64,000 nt of DNA from Candidatus Multivoradales bacterium (GCA_965248925.1 CBDFLE010000006.1:1184001-1248000), one strand, 5' to 3'. Positions 12,589 to 22,687 are shown, counted from the stretch's first letter. The notes: generated by a model from the sequence alone, not told the origin. Numbers and translations are program-made.

Positions 12589-13062
12589 AAATAGGTGCCA
12601 GGCACATTATGAAGCCGGCCCGCTAGAGTTACCAAGCAGTATTCATGCCAAACAGAATCCTCTGGTTTCAAACCACGAGATCCTCGTGTAAGGTGAGTCT
12701 CCAGGCGCAAATGACCGTGCTCATAGATCGGTACTCGCTCCCCACCAAGCCGATCTGATGCTCAAACACTGAGCACCAGATGCGCAGACCCTGAGCATGC
12801 CGCTGTTGTTCGCCAGAAATAGGTGCCAGGCACATTATGCTGGCCGTCGCAGGTCGACCGGCCGGTCATCGATTGGCTGCAGAAATAGGTGCCAGGCACA
12901 TTATGTGGGAGAAATAGGGGCCAGGCACATTATGTGGGCGCTACGCTGCGGGCAATAGGTGCCAGGCACATTATGCTGCGGTAAGGCAACCCCTCCCCGG
13001 CGCTGAAAATAGGTGCCAGGCACATTATATGGGCACTGAAAATAGGTGCCAGGCACATTATA
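12589..13062 (+). repeat. Seven copies of 23-nt hairpin motif (A/C)AATAGGTGCCAGGCACATTAT(G/A)
   Basis: Copies start at 12589, 12817, 12883, 12912 (GGGGCC variant), 12953, 13007 and 13040. Core GTGCC-A-GGCAC inverted repeat. Spacing irregular. Confidence 0.95.
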
Positions 13063-13130
13063 TGGCAGCGGCCGATGCCCGTCGCAGGTCGACCGGCCGG
13101 TCATCGATTGGCCGGCCGGGAGTTCAACAC

Positions 13131-13511
13131 CTATCGACGCGCCAGGCGCAGCGGGCGCCAGACTAGGAAAGCCAGCCCCGTCGACCAGGCCAGGCAGGCG
13201 GCGGCGGCGAGCAGGAACACCGGCAGGGAGCTGGCTGAGGAGGGCCACGGCGCGGCTACGAGGATCCAGATCGAAGCGACGATCACCAGCAACCCATAGG
13301 TCAGTAGCAGGCCGATCAGTCGCCGCTGGCGAGCCTTGGCGCACTGCCGGTCTCGCTGCGCTCGCAGACCGGCTTGCAAGCGGCGGTCGAAGGTCGGCAA
13401 CAGCTCGGGAGAGCGGGCGGGATCGAAGAGCGCCCGCAGCTGGGTGTCGACGCGAGCCTCGGGAGTTGCGGCGCTGGCTTGCCGGGAGCGTTTCTCAAGT
13501 GTGGCGGTCAT
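13131..13511 (-). CDS. Putative membrane anti-sigma factor
   Basis: MTATLEK... start overlaps the sigma stop (ATGA). Short N-terminal domain (DTQLRALF..P..F) and two TM helices. Confidence 0.6.
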   Translation of the reverse strand: MTATLEKRSRQASAATPEARVDTQLRALFDPARSPELLPTFDRRLQAGLRAQRDRQCAKARQRRLIGLLLTYGLLVIVASIWILVAAPWPSSASSLPVFLLAAAACLAWSTGLAFLVWRPLRLARR

Positions 13512-14119
13512 AGCGTTCCCTCGTCGAACATCTCGCCACCCAGCAGCCGGCCGAGCTTGCGCCGCGCCCGGTGGAGCAGGGACTTGACGGTGCCCGGCCG
13601 GCGGTCGAGGAGGATCGCGATATCGTCGACCGTCTCGCCGAGCCAGTAGTGAAGGTAGATCGCCGAGCGCTGGGCTTCGCCGAGGGCCTCGACGGCGGCG
13701 TAAAGTCGGATCCGCTGCTCGATCGGCAGGTTGCCGGCGCCTTCGTCGGTCGGCAGCACAGCCAGCACCTCGTCGTTGGTGTGGGGGTAGCGGAAGCGGG
13801 CGCGGCGGCGAAAGTCGATCGCTTTGCGGTACGCGATGCGATATAGTCAGGTGGAGAACCGGCTCTCCGAACGGAAGATGTCGAGGCGCTGAAAGACTTT
13901 CAGAAAAACCTCCTGGGCGACGTCTTCGGCTTCTACCGAGCAAGCCGGCCCGAGGATCGACAGGGCCAGCCGAAAAACCCGGCCACGGTATCTTTCGACC
14001 AGTGTCGCGAAGGCCTCTTGATAGGCCGAGGCGTCGGCCCGGGGGCCGCGCAGAGTCCGCAACAGGTCACGGCTGGCGGCGTTCTCGCCAGCGGCAGGCC
14101 AGCGGCCGGGCCTGGTCAT
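13508..14119 (-). pseudogene. ECF sigma factor interrupted by an in-frame TGA
   Basis: Region 2 AEDVAQEVFLKV...FRSESRFST, then TGA (13847-13849) at the conserved Trp, continuing in frame LYRIAYRKAID to region 4 DIAILL..PGTVKSLLHRARRKL. Confidence 0.88.
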
Positions 14120-14136
14120 GCTATCGACACCGGTCA

Positions 14137-14583
14137 CTAGGTGTCGGTCGCCGTGGGGCGCTTGGCATGGATAGGCCGCGGCTGCCAATAGGCGCTCAAC
14201 ACGACGTAGAGCAACAGGCCGACGCCGATCAGGATGGGGATCAGTCCAAGAGACCAGACGGAGTTCAGGCTCTCCCTGGGTGAGATGATCAGGCCGGCCA
14301 GGATGCCGGCCCCTCCGAACAGAAAAACCAGACCGGTCACCAGGCTGAAGCTCCTCATTCGCAGTAGTTGGTGGTCGGGCGAGTCAGCCGTCGATAAGGT
14401 GGGTGCTTGCATGGTTCTCAGAACCTCCTGGACTAGCTCAGGGTGTTTGTGGAGTGCCGCGAGGCGTTCTTCGTGCGCCATCTGGCGAAGCTTGAATCGA
14501 AGGTGTGACCGGTGGGCCAACCAGGCGATCAACACCGCCCCGAGGCCGAAGACGCCGAGGATCAAGGTTTGCCAAGGAATCAT
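14137..14583 (-). CDS. DUF6249-like membrane protein, first gene of ECF operon
   Basis: N-terminal TM, HEERLAALHK, two C-terminal TMs with GLIPILIGVGLLL. Usual position upstream of an ECF sigma. Confidence 0.65.
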   Translation of the reverse strand: MIPWQTLILGVFGLGAVLIAWLAHRSHLRFKLRQMAHEERLAALHKHPELVQEVLRTMQAPTLSTADSPDHQLLRMRSFSLVTGLVFLFGGAGILAGLIISPRESLNSVWSLGLIPILIGVGLLLYVVLSAYWQPRPIHAKRPTATDT

Positions 14584-14616
14584 GATCGCTGTGCTCCGTT
14601 GCCGTTCATTCACCCT

Positions 14617-14646
14617 TTCGACGGCGAGTAGCCGAATTCGGTTGCA
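14617..14646 (-). promoter_or_regulatory. Putative ECF-type promoter
   Basis: Minus strand TGCAAC-N17-CGTCGAA (AAC at -35, CGT at -10), ~35 nt upstream of the DUF6249/ECF operon. Confidence 0.6.
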
Positions 14647-14880
14647 TGCCTGCTCGACCCGGCAGCAATCCGCGGGCCGTGGCAAGAGAGGCGGGACAGA
14701 AGACCGCTGAGCTCACTTGGTGTCGAAACGACCTCGGCCGACGCGAAGCTCCGCCGAGGTCAGTGGGCGGTCGACGTAGGCTAGCGAGTCGCTGGCGGCG
14801 TCGAGCAGCCAGACTCCGAGGGTGGTTCCCTAGACCTCTCGCGGTACGGCGGTCAGCAGGTGGGGTTCGGAGGTATCCGG

Positions 14881-14930
14881 AAATAGGTGCCAGGTACATT
14901 ATGGCGGAAATAGGTGCCAGGTACATTATG
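14881..14930 (+). repeat. Two tandem copies (27-bp period) of the 23-nt motif, variant GGTGCCAGGTACATTATG
   Basis: Copies at 14881 and 14908. Confidence 0.93.
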
Positions 14931-14934
14931 GCGG

Positions 14935-15200
14935 AAGGGGCAGGAACGTCGCGAGTGGGCCTCGGCGGCCTTCCCTGAAAATCAGCCGGGGCGGCTCTCG
15001 CATTACCCTTTTCGAGGCCTGCTCAGCGTGCACTCACGTTTCGGCCTGCATGCTCGCCAAGTCGCCCGAGGCGACCCTCTGCACCAGAGGCTTCGACGGA
15101 TTCGTTACCGCCTCCGCCGCTCCGATTGCTACCGGCTGGAGCGACCAGCTGCCGGGTGGGATTCGCACCCACTGAGAATCACCGCCTTGGCACGGCGCAC
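14935..15200 (-). mobile_element. Group II intron 5' fragment (domain I only, no RT ORF)
   Basis: Minus strand begins GTGCGCCGTG at 15200, followed by AGTGGGTGCGAATCCCACCCGGC..GCTCCAGCCGGTAGCAATCGGAGC..GGTAACGAA..GAAGCC..GCAGGCCG..ACGTGAGTG..CGCTGAGCAGGCCTCGAAA, recognised as a bacterial group II intron 5' region. It ends at the repeat pair. Confidence 0.8.
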
Positions 15201-15213
15201 TGATCCTTGCGGG

Positions 15214-16341
15214 CTAGGACTCTCCGACCACCGAAGACCAAGCCGAGGTGTCTCCGGTCTCGAAATCATCGGCGAATACGTCCGGTATTACCTCAGGGGG
15301 TAGGACGGAATCGAGAAACAGCTTGTTGGTCGGATGAGAGAGCCGACTGTGCACGAAGAACTCACCCCAGGAGCCGCTGACGGTCGAATCAACATCGCTG
15401 GTGGTCGAGCCGGGCGGGTCGGCCGGCGGCTCGGTGAGGATAATGCCGAAGTCGTCTACCAAGCGTGTACCATAAGAGGCCACGCCGGCGATCTCAAAGC
15501 TGCCTCCTACCTCGTCGAAAAGAAAACCCGGCCCGCCGGAATCGCCAACACCCCCACAAACTTCGTCCGAGCCCAGGCCGAGCGGATCGTCATAAATGGG
15601 ATCGCCGCCCAGGGGGCTGGTGCCCACGGTGCCGAAAAAGACGCCAAAGGCATCGTTCAAGACAGACCCGTTATCGAAATCGACGGTCAGCTGGGCCTCG
15701 TTGTTAGTGATCAGCGGCGCTCCCAGAGCGCCCAAGCCTACGGCCTCCCAGCGGTTTAGGCCGAAGCGTTTGGTGCCGTCGGTTCCCGGCATGGCGCCGG
15801 TGCTGCCGTGGCCAGTCAATCCGTAGCCGACGATGACGATGAACGGGCTCGCGAGCTCCCCGGAACCCTCGTAGAGACCATAGCGTGGCACCTCAGGCGC
15901 GACAGCTTCCGAGAACTCGAGGATCGCCACGTCGTTGCCTTTCAAGACGTCGAGGTCATTGGCCAGGTAAACCGGATGGATATGGATCTGGCCGGCCGCT
16001 ACCGAGGCGACCGCAGAGACCGTCCCCCCGGCAAGCTCCCAGGTCACCTCGACAAAGGTGACGGAGAAACCGATGCCGTCACCGACGCAATGCCCGGCCA
16101 AGATGGCGAATCGTCCTTCGCCCCTTCGTAGCAGTGTCGCGGTGCAGGTGCCGACGAAGCCGTCGTCAAAATGGACACTGGCCTTACCGACGCCATCGTG
16201 ATCGAGGTCGAATACCGGAACACCAGGGGCCGTTTCATGGAGGGCGGGGACGTCCGAGACCACGACCGCAAGTAGCGGCAAGGGACTCACCGCCAATCCG
16301 ACAAACACCATCGACAGCCCGATCATCTGGAGTTTTTTCAT
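15214..16341 (-). CDS. Secreted trypsin-like (S1) serine protease with C-terminal FADDFETGDTSAWS tag
   Basis: Signal peptide. Triad motifs CTATLL/LAGHC, NDVAIL and GDSGGP. RBS GAGG. Confidence 0.88.
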   Translation of the reverse strand: MKKLQMIGLSMVFVGLAVSPLPLLAVVVSDVPALHETAPGVPVFDLDHDGVGKASVHFDDGFVGTCTATLLRRGEGRFAILAGHCVGDGIGFSVTFVEVTWELAGGTVSAVASVAAGQIHIHPVYLANDLDVLKGNDVAILEFSEAVAPEVPRYGLYEGSGELASPFIVIVGYGLTGHGSTGAMPGTDGTKRFGLNRWEAVGLGALGAPLITNNEAQLTVDFDNGSVLNDAFGVFFGTVGTSPLGGDPIYDDPLGLGSDEVCGGVGDSGGPGFLFDEVGGSFEIAGVASYGTRLVDDFGIILTEPPADPPGSTTSDVDSTVSGSWGEFFVHSRLSHPTNKLFLDSVLPPEVIPDVFADDFETGDTSAWSSVVGES

Positions 16342-16571
16342 TACCTCAGCTCCTCGCTTCCTTCAAGGTCGTTCCCCGTCGATACCTACAGGCGGGATGA
16401 CAGGAAATCCTCGCCTACTGGGTATGTCTGATAGCCTCGATCCGTTACACCACCTTGGCGGTTGGCCTCCGTTTAGCTGGCGACTGGGGCCCTTGACAGG
16501 GCGTGGGTGAGAGCGCTCCTGCCAACCGCCGACCGGATGTCCGGAACACCTGGGGGACAACCGACGAGACC

Positions 16572-19500
16572 ATGAACCGACTCACTGAAGAGGTTCCCGA
16601 AGAAGCGTCTACGACCTGGGTCAGGGCCCGGGCTGTGGCGATCAGGATCCTCGGCCGAATCCGCCAACGGGGCCCAGTTCCGAGCCCTCTCGCCTCCGAG
16701 ATCAACTTGCTGAACGACGGCGAGATCGTCGCCGAGCGCTATCGCGTGCTGCGCCTGATCGAGCGCGGTGGTGTCGGTCAGGTATACCTGGTCGAAGATC
16801 TCGAGCTAGGTGAGAAGGTCGCCCTTAAGACCCTACGCCCGAGGTTCGCCGAGGCGCCTGAGGCGATCGAGAATTTCAGCGCGAGATTTCGTTCGCCCGG
16901 CGGGTGACTCATGAGAACGTCTGTCGGCTCTTCGATCTCGGTCGCCATCAGGCAGAGGACCCCGGTCACGAGAGCCTCTACTTCGTCACCATGGAGTTTC
17001 TCGCCGGCGAGACTCTGCGCGATCGGATTCGGCGCCGTGGCCGGCTCGAACTAGAGGAAAGTCTCGAGATTGCCAGCCAAGTCGCCCGCGGCATCCGTGC
17101 TGCCCACCGCCAAGGAGTGATCCACCGGGACATCAAGGGCAGCAATGTCCTGCTGGTCGAGCAGCCGGATGGCTCGACCCGTGCGGTGGTAACGGACTTC
17201 GGCCTGGCGCTTCAGGTTCCCAGCACCGTGGCGGGGGACACCGCGCCTCTACCCTCATGCCTCGAAGGCACTCCCCTGTTCATGGCTCCAGAGCAGGTGG
17301 TCGGAGAGGTCGTTAGCCAAGCCGCCGACATCTACTCCTTTGGGATTCTGCTCTATCACATGGTGACCGGGGGCTGGCCGTTCGAAGGCGCCACAGCGAT
17401 ATCGATGGCTCTAGCTCGTATCGAGCAGGAGCCGACGCCGCCGAGGCGTCACCTCGCGGATCTCGACCCAGGCCTCGAAGCGGTCATCCTGCGCTGTTTG
17501 GAGCGCCAGCCGAGCGCTCGCTTTCCATCGATGGAACATCTGTTAGGAGCGATCGAGCAGATCCTGCGCCCGCCAGAGGGGCAGCCGAAGGCGCGCCCGC
17601 GCGGGTGGCAGCGCTGGCCGGTTTGGGCGGCTTTCGGGATCCTGGTGCCGGCGGTGCTGGTATTGGGTTGGCTGGCATCGGGCCAGCAAGCAGAGTCGAA
17701 TGCCGTCACGGTCGAACCAGTAACAGTGCTGCCCACTGCCGAGGTGCGCCCGTCGTTGGCGATCGTCCCGTTCCGCGCTAAGGAGGAAGATCCATATCCC
17801 GAGGGGTTGGGCATTGCCCTCAGCGAGGGAATAGCCTCGTTGTTGGCCGCCGGTGAAGGTCTCCGGGTGATCAACGTCGACGACCGAGAGGAGCTGCGTA
17901 CCGAGCTGCCGCCCGTTTCTGGCTCGATCCAGGAGCTCGCCGAGATCGAGCAGATCGATGCGGCCTGGACGCTGCAGGGCAGCTTTCAGCTCCGTGGTTC
18001 TCAACTCCGCGGTACTGAATTCGGCAGTGCCGATCAGAATCTGATCTTGGCCCTCGATCTTCGTCTCGAAAGCCGTCAAGGGCAGCCAGTGGTGCACTCC
18101 TTTGCCTTGGCCGGCTCACTGGACCGCTTAGGCGAGATCATCGCTCAGGCGGGCGCTCGGGTCTGCCAAAAGTTGCGGCTGGCCTCTCCCACGGCGCTCC
18201 AGATAGAAAGTGCAAGTGTCGAGCTGCCCCATCAGACAGCGACAGCGCTGCTTTACGCTCAGGGCTTGGCGGCGCTCCGCGAGTTCGATGCGATAGCAGC
18301 CCGCGGCAAGCTCGAAGCTGCGCTCGAACAGGAGCCCGAACACCCGCTGATCCTGAACGCCTTGTCGGAAGTTCTGTCTCGCCTCGGCTACAGCCAGCAA
18401 TCAGCCCAGGTCGCCGAGCAGGCGTTTCGCCACGCCGGAGGTCTGTCGCGAGAGCAGCAGCTGGCGGTCGAAGCACGGTACCGCCTGAGGTTTGACGACT
18501 GGGGAAGAGCCGAAGAGCTCTTTCGTGCCCTGCACGAGTTCTTCCCCGACGATCTCGACTATGGCTTGAATCTCACGTCCGCCCAGGCCCGCGGTGCTCG
18601 CCTCGAGGCAGCCTTTGCCACCCTCGACAGGCTGCGGCACCTGCCGCAGCCCTGGGGGGCCGATCCGCGGCTGGATCTGGCCGAGGCCAAGATCGCGTAT
18701 TACAGCGGTGACTATCACCGCAGCCAACGATCCTCCGGGCGGGCTGTGACGGCTGCTCGCGGTTCCGGCCTGCGCCTGCTACTGGCCCGCGCTCTCGATC
18801 AGGAGGCCCTGACCAGGGTCTACACCGACAGTCCCGCGGGTCAGGTCGAGGCCCTACTCGAAGAGGCTCTCGCCCTTTATCGGCAGGTCGACCACAAGCT
18901 CGGCCAGACCGAGGCTTTGCTGACCCTGGGCGAACGTGCCAGGCAGCGGGGTGAGCTCGACCTAGCCTCGGCCTACATCCGTCAAGGGCTCGCGCTGGCC
19001 GAGGAGACCGGCAATCTGCCCTCGCAAGCGCGCGGCAAGTCCATACTCAGTATCCTCCACGACCTTCACGGGCAGCTAGCAGAAGGCCTCGCCCTCAAGA
19101 AACAGCTGCTCGAGAACTACCGCCAACGCAACGTCAGGCAAGGAGCGGCGGTCACGCTGGAGAATATCGGCATCTCGTTGTTCAAGATGGGGCGACCCGA
19201 GCAGGCTTTGGAGTACTTCCTGCAAGCGGCCGAGCAGTTCGATCAGATCGGCGACCAAATCGGAATGGCATGGGCGCCATACCATGCTGGACGGGTTTGG
19301 CTCGACCTGGGCGATCTCGAATCAGCCAGCAACCGTCTTGAGCAAGCACGCCAGGCTGCTGTCGAGCATTCTGAAGGGGGGCTCGTAGATGCCACCGAGT
19401 TGGAGCTGATCCGCATCGCCGCAGCGCGGAAAGATGAGGCGGCGGCCGAGCGCCGACCTCGGGCGCTGATCGAGGTGTTCAAGAGCCACGATCAGGCCTT

Positions 19501-20062
19501 GCTGGTCGCCGAGGCTCGCCTTCTCCTCGCCCAGATCTTGGCCAGCCGTGCCAAGTATTCTCAAGCCAGCAAGCTGGCCAGCGAAGTGCTGACTTTCTCC
19601 GATCTGGAAGGCATCGAGCACACCGCCGTGGAGGCACTGACGGTCGTAACCCAGGCGGGGCTCGCGGACCACAATGGTAGCCTGGGCGACTTGCCTACCC
19701 TGCTGAAAAAGTGCCACGCTCTAGAGGCGCGCCTCTCCGGCCTCGAGCACCGAAAGATCGTCTTGCTCGCCCAGGTCGTGGTGGCGCGATGCTCCCTGTC
19801 CGGCGGCAGCCCACCGGCCCAAGTAACTGCCGAAGCTCGCCGTATTGCCACCGAAGCCGGAACCCTGGGGCTTGCCGAACCGCGCCTCGAAGCGGCCTGT
19901 CTCGAAGCGGAAGTCCTCGCCTCCATGGACGCCTCCAGGGTCGGAACGGTGTCACCCTGCCCGGGTCTCGAGGCCAGCCCAGGAGTCGGTGCAGGGGTCG
20001 GTGGAGCAGCGGCTAGTGCGGCGAGCGATTCCTCGGATCGATTGGACGATGTCAAGAGATAG
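16572..20062 (+). pseudogene. Ser/Thr protein kinase-TM-TPR protein split by a 1-nt frameshift near 16878
   Basis: First ORF has RGGVGQVY and VALKTL. The downstream frame supplies REISFARRVTHENVCRLFD, HRDIKGSN, TDFGLA, GTPLFMAPE, a TM and TPR repeats. One extra base at ttc-ag-cgc would fuse them. Could be a sequencing error. Confidence 0.82.
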
Positions 20063-20675
20063 CGATGAGGGCCACTGGACTCTGAGCCCAGAGGCGCTCG
20101 GACGGTTCCTCATCCTGCTCGACGCCGATATCGTTCGAGCGGGGCACAAATACGAAAACCTGCGACAGAAGCTGATCCGCTTGTTCGAGTGGCGTGGCTG
20201 CGTTTTCGCCGAAGATCTGGCGGACGAGACCATCAATCGTGTTGTACGAAGGATCGATCATAGGGTCGAGGTGGGTACCAACGACGTCTTCCGTTATGCA
20301 GCGGCGGTTGCCCAGCGAGTCTTCTTGGAGCACCTGCGAGAGGTCAAGCGAGCGCGGCCGGACCCCAGGGAGGCGCATGGACCTCCCTGGCTCCCCGGCC
20401 GACACGAAACCACCGACCTGCGACTCGTTGGCCTCGAGACCAGCCTGAAGCGGCTGACCACCGATGAGCGCAGCTTGATCGTTCGGTACTATGCCGGCGA
20501 CCACGGCGTTCGGATCCGCAACCGGCGACAGCTGGCAGCAGATCTTGGGCTGTCACCGAGCAACCTACGCATCCGAGCTTATCGCTTGCGAGCGCGGCTC
20601 GAGTCGTTGATCAAGGACGAGATGTGCAAGTTCGGCAGCCCAGTCGAGGAGGTCAAGAATGAATCACTCACCTGA
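20049..20675 (+). CDS. ECF sigma factor
   Basis: YENLRQKLIRLFEWRGC..AEDLADETINRV (region 2) and RRQLAADLGLSPSNLRIRAYRLRARL (region 4). Confidence 0.82.
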   Translation: MSRDSDEGHWTLSPEALGRFLILLDADIVRAGHKYENLRQKLIRLFEWRGCVFAEDLADETINRVVRRIDHRVEVGTNDVFRYAAAVAQRVFLEHLREVKRARPDPREAHGPPWLPGRHETTDLRLVGLETSLKRLTTDERSLIVRYYAGDHGVRIRNRRQLAADLGLSPSNLRIRAYRLRARLESLIKDEMCKFGSPVEEVKNESLT

Positions 20676-21228
20676 CTTGCCGGAGAGATTCCTCTGCCTT
20701 CTGACCGGTGAGACCAGCGAAGCCGAGCGCTTGGACTTCGAGCGCGCGATCCTCGAAGACGACGAGCTCTTCCAACAGCTTGCAGTGCTCGAGAATGAGC
20801 TCGTGGATGCCTTCGTAAACCGCGAGCTGGACGCCGAATCCTCCCGGCAGATCGGGAAGAGGATAGCGGTTTCACCCCGATTACAAGCGATGGCCGAAAC
20901 CACACTGGCCCTCACAACCTGGTATGGCGCGCGATCAACGGGTTACAGCCCAGAGGGCGAAGAGGTGAAGACAGGGCCGCCCACGATCTCGCCCCGCTGG
21001 CGCCGTCGGCTCGCCATCGGGATGGCGTTGGTCGCCCTGGTCGGAAGTGCCTGCGCGGCCACCATGTACGTCGCCACCTTGAATCGCTCCGTCCGCGACA
21101 TCGAAAGAGAGCTCGCCGAGCTGAAACGAGAAACCCGAGCGATCGAGGAGACAGTCGCCGGCCTGCGGGACCTGAACCAAACCCTGGTCCTCCGAGTAGC
21201 TCGCATGGAGGCAGCGGCAAAGCATTGA
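20659..21228 (+). CDS. Putative anti-sigma factor (N-terminal ASD-like, TM, coiled coil)
   Basis: Overlaps sigma stop. LLTGE.SEAER..FE....D.ELF...ENELVDAFV..EL pattern, one TM and a short coiled coil. Confidence 0.6.
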   Translation: MNHSPDLPERFLCLLTGETSEAERLDFERAILEDDELFQQLAVLENELVDAFVNRELDAESSRQIGKRIAVSPRLQAMAETTLALTTWYGARSTGYSPEGEEVKTGPPTISPRWRRRLAIGMALVALVGSACAATMYVATLNRSVRDIERELAELKRETRAIEETVAGLRDLNQTLVLRVARMEAAAKH

Positions 21229-21365
21229 CCCTGCCCCGATTCTGCAGCGCTCCCCGACAGGGAACATCGGCCTCGACAATCGAGCCGGCAAGTAGGTGTT
21301 CACCAAGGTCTTCAAGGATGGTGTTCATCGACAGCTGATGACCGCACTGCCAATGATCTCGAGTT

Positions 21366-22376
21366 CTACGCAAACGGTGCTTTCTGGTGACCGCTGAGAT
21401 CCTGAGCCGCGCCAGGCCACCGGCTCAGCCGGTCATTCCGCGGCCAGCTCTCGGCACTGGCTGAGAAACGCTCCAGCCAGCGATCGGCATCGGCCCGGTA
21501 GGCCAGCGTTGCGGACCGTGCTAGCTGATCGCTCCAGCGCACTACCCTCAGGGCCGCGACCAAGCCGGCCGGCGCCGCCGGGTCGCCCAGCGACCGCTCG
21601 ACCGCCTGATCGATCGCCGAAGGATCAGCCGCGGCATGGAAATCCGCCTCGGCACCTAGTATCTCGAGCACGTCCTCAGCCAGCCAGTTGCCGAATACCT
21701 CTCGCACCGACACCGCCGAGTCGAGGGCTGCCCGCTGGCCGGGCATCGCAAACTGCGCCTGGGCCGCGCTGTGCTCCAATCGAGCCCGCACCAGGGGGTT
21801 GCCCGCCCCGGCCTCCTTCTCAGCCTCGATCTCAGACCAGAACTCGGTCGGTGCGATACTCGCCAGTAGCTCCATGCGCTGCCAACGGCAGAGGCCATGC
21901 TCGGGATGGGCGACCAGGTGATCTTCGAGCTGCCGCCGGAACTCAGCAGCACCGATCTGTCCGCTGCGAGCGGTAAAGAATAACAGGTCGACAAATTCGG
22001 CCTGAGGATCGTCGAGCTGCCGCAAACGCCGAGCGAGGTCGAGGATCTGCTGCCGGTCGCGCAGCATGTCGAGCTGCTGGAGGCGTAGCAATCCCGGCGT
22101 CATTGCAGTGTTCTGCACCAGGTATTGATCGAGCAGCTCGGCGAATCGCCGCGGCTCGAACCACATCCCGGCATGGGCCCACTCAGCATCCGGCGACTCG
22201 CCAGCGAGCAACCTGGCGCTCACCTGGCGGCGCATCTCGTCCAGGTGGCCGGCACGGTCACAAGCCGCTACCAGGCGCTTGGCGAAGGCCTCCTGAACCT
22301 CGAATCCCAACACCCGCGGAACCAGCTCGCCAAGATCTTCGGCAGCAGCCGACCGCAGCTGGTAGACCAAGCAGCC
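21366..22376 (-). pseudogene. 5'-truncated gene for a helical (TPR-like) hypothetical protein
   Basis: Long open frame whose only available start lies inside the repeat cluster, with no RBS. The frame runs straight into the repeats. Confidence 0.55.
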
Positions 22377-22687
22377 GGGCAATAGGTACCCGGGCAATAG
22401 GGGCAATAGGTGCCAGGCACATTATGCGGCGGGCACATTATGCGGCGGTAGACCAAGCCGGGCAATAGGTGCCGGGCAATAGGTGCCAGGCACATTATGC
22501 GGCTCGCCAAGATCTTCGGCAGCAGCCGACCGCAGCTGGTAGACCAAGCAGCCGGGCAATAGGTACCCGGGCAATAGGTGCCAGGCACATTATGCGGCGG
22601 TAGACCAAGCCGGGCAATAGGTGCCGGGCAATAGGTGCCAGGCACATTATGCGGGTGCCAGGCACATTATGCGGGCACATTATGCGG
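22377..22687 (+). repeat. Complex cluster of the 23-nt motif (four full copies plus half copies) with a duplicated flank
   Basis: Full copies at 22404, 22477, 22572 and 22629. Left halves GGGCAATAGGT and right halves GGCACATTATGCGG also present. 22325-22401 is repeated at 22502-22578. Confidence 0.95.

Noticed and set aside
12612-12816. Lower-GC stretch between two motif copies
   Set aside because: No recognisable ORF, RNA or terminal repeat. Probably a captured fragment, left unannotated.
12817-13062. CRISPR array
   Set aside because: Spacers range from ~6 to ~43 nt, one is a copy of the adjacent flank, the motif recurs in scattered stuttered clusters, and no cas genes are in the window.
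13847-13849. Alternative genetic code (TGA=Trp) or selenocysteine
   Set aside because: Many genes here end in TGA with ATGA/GTGA overlaps and Trp is otherwise TGG. The position is a Trp, not a Cys, so a point mutation or error is simpler.
14914-15303. 129-aa plus-strand ORF
   Set aside because: It is the antisense of the group II intron fragment and starts within the repeat.
16870-16910. Programmed ribosomal frameshift in the kinase
   Set aside because: No X XXY YYZ slippery site or evident stimulator. A one-base loss explains it.
21225-21365. Possible PIN-like (DUF5615) toxin C-terminal remnant, MNTILEDLGEHLLAGSIV, minus strand
   Set aside because: Too short and degenerate to support without a profile search.
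22268-22680. ORFs with repeated HNVPGTYC / IMCLAPIA peptides (also near 12335-13344 and 14606-14926)
   Set aside because: These are translations of the DNA repeat motif, not real proteins.
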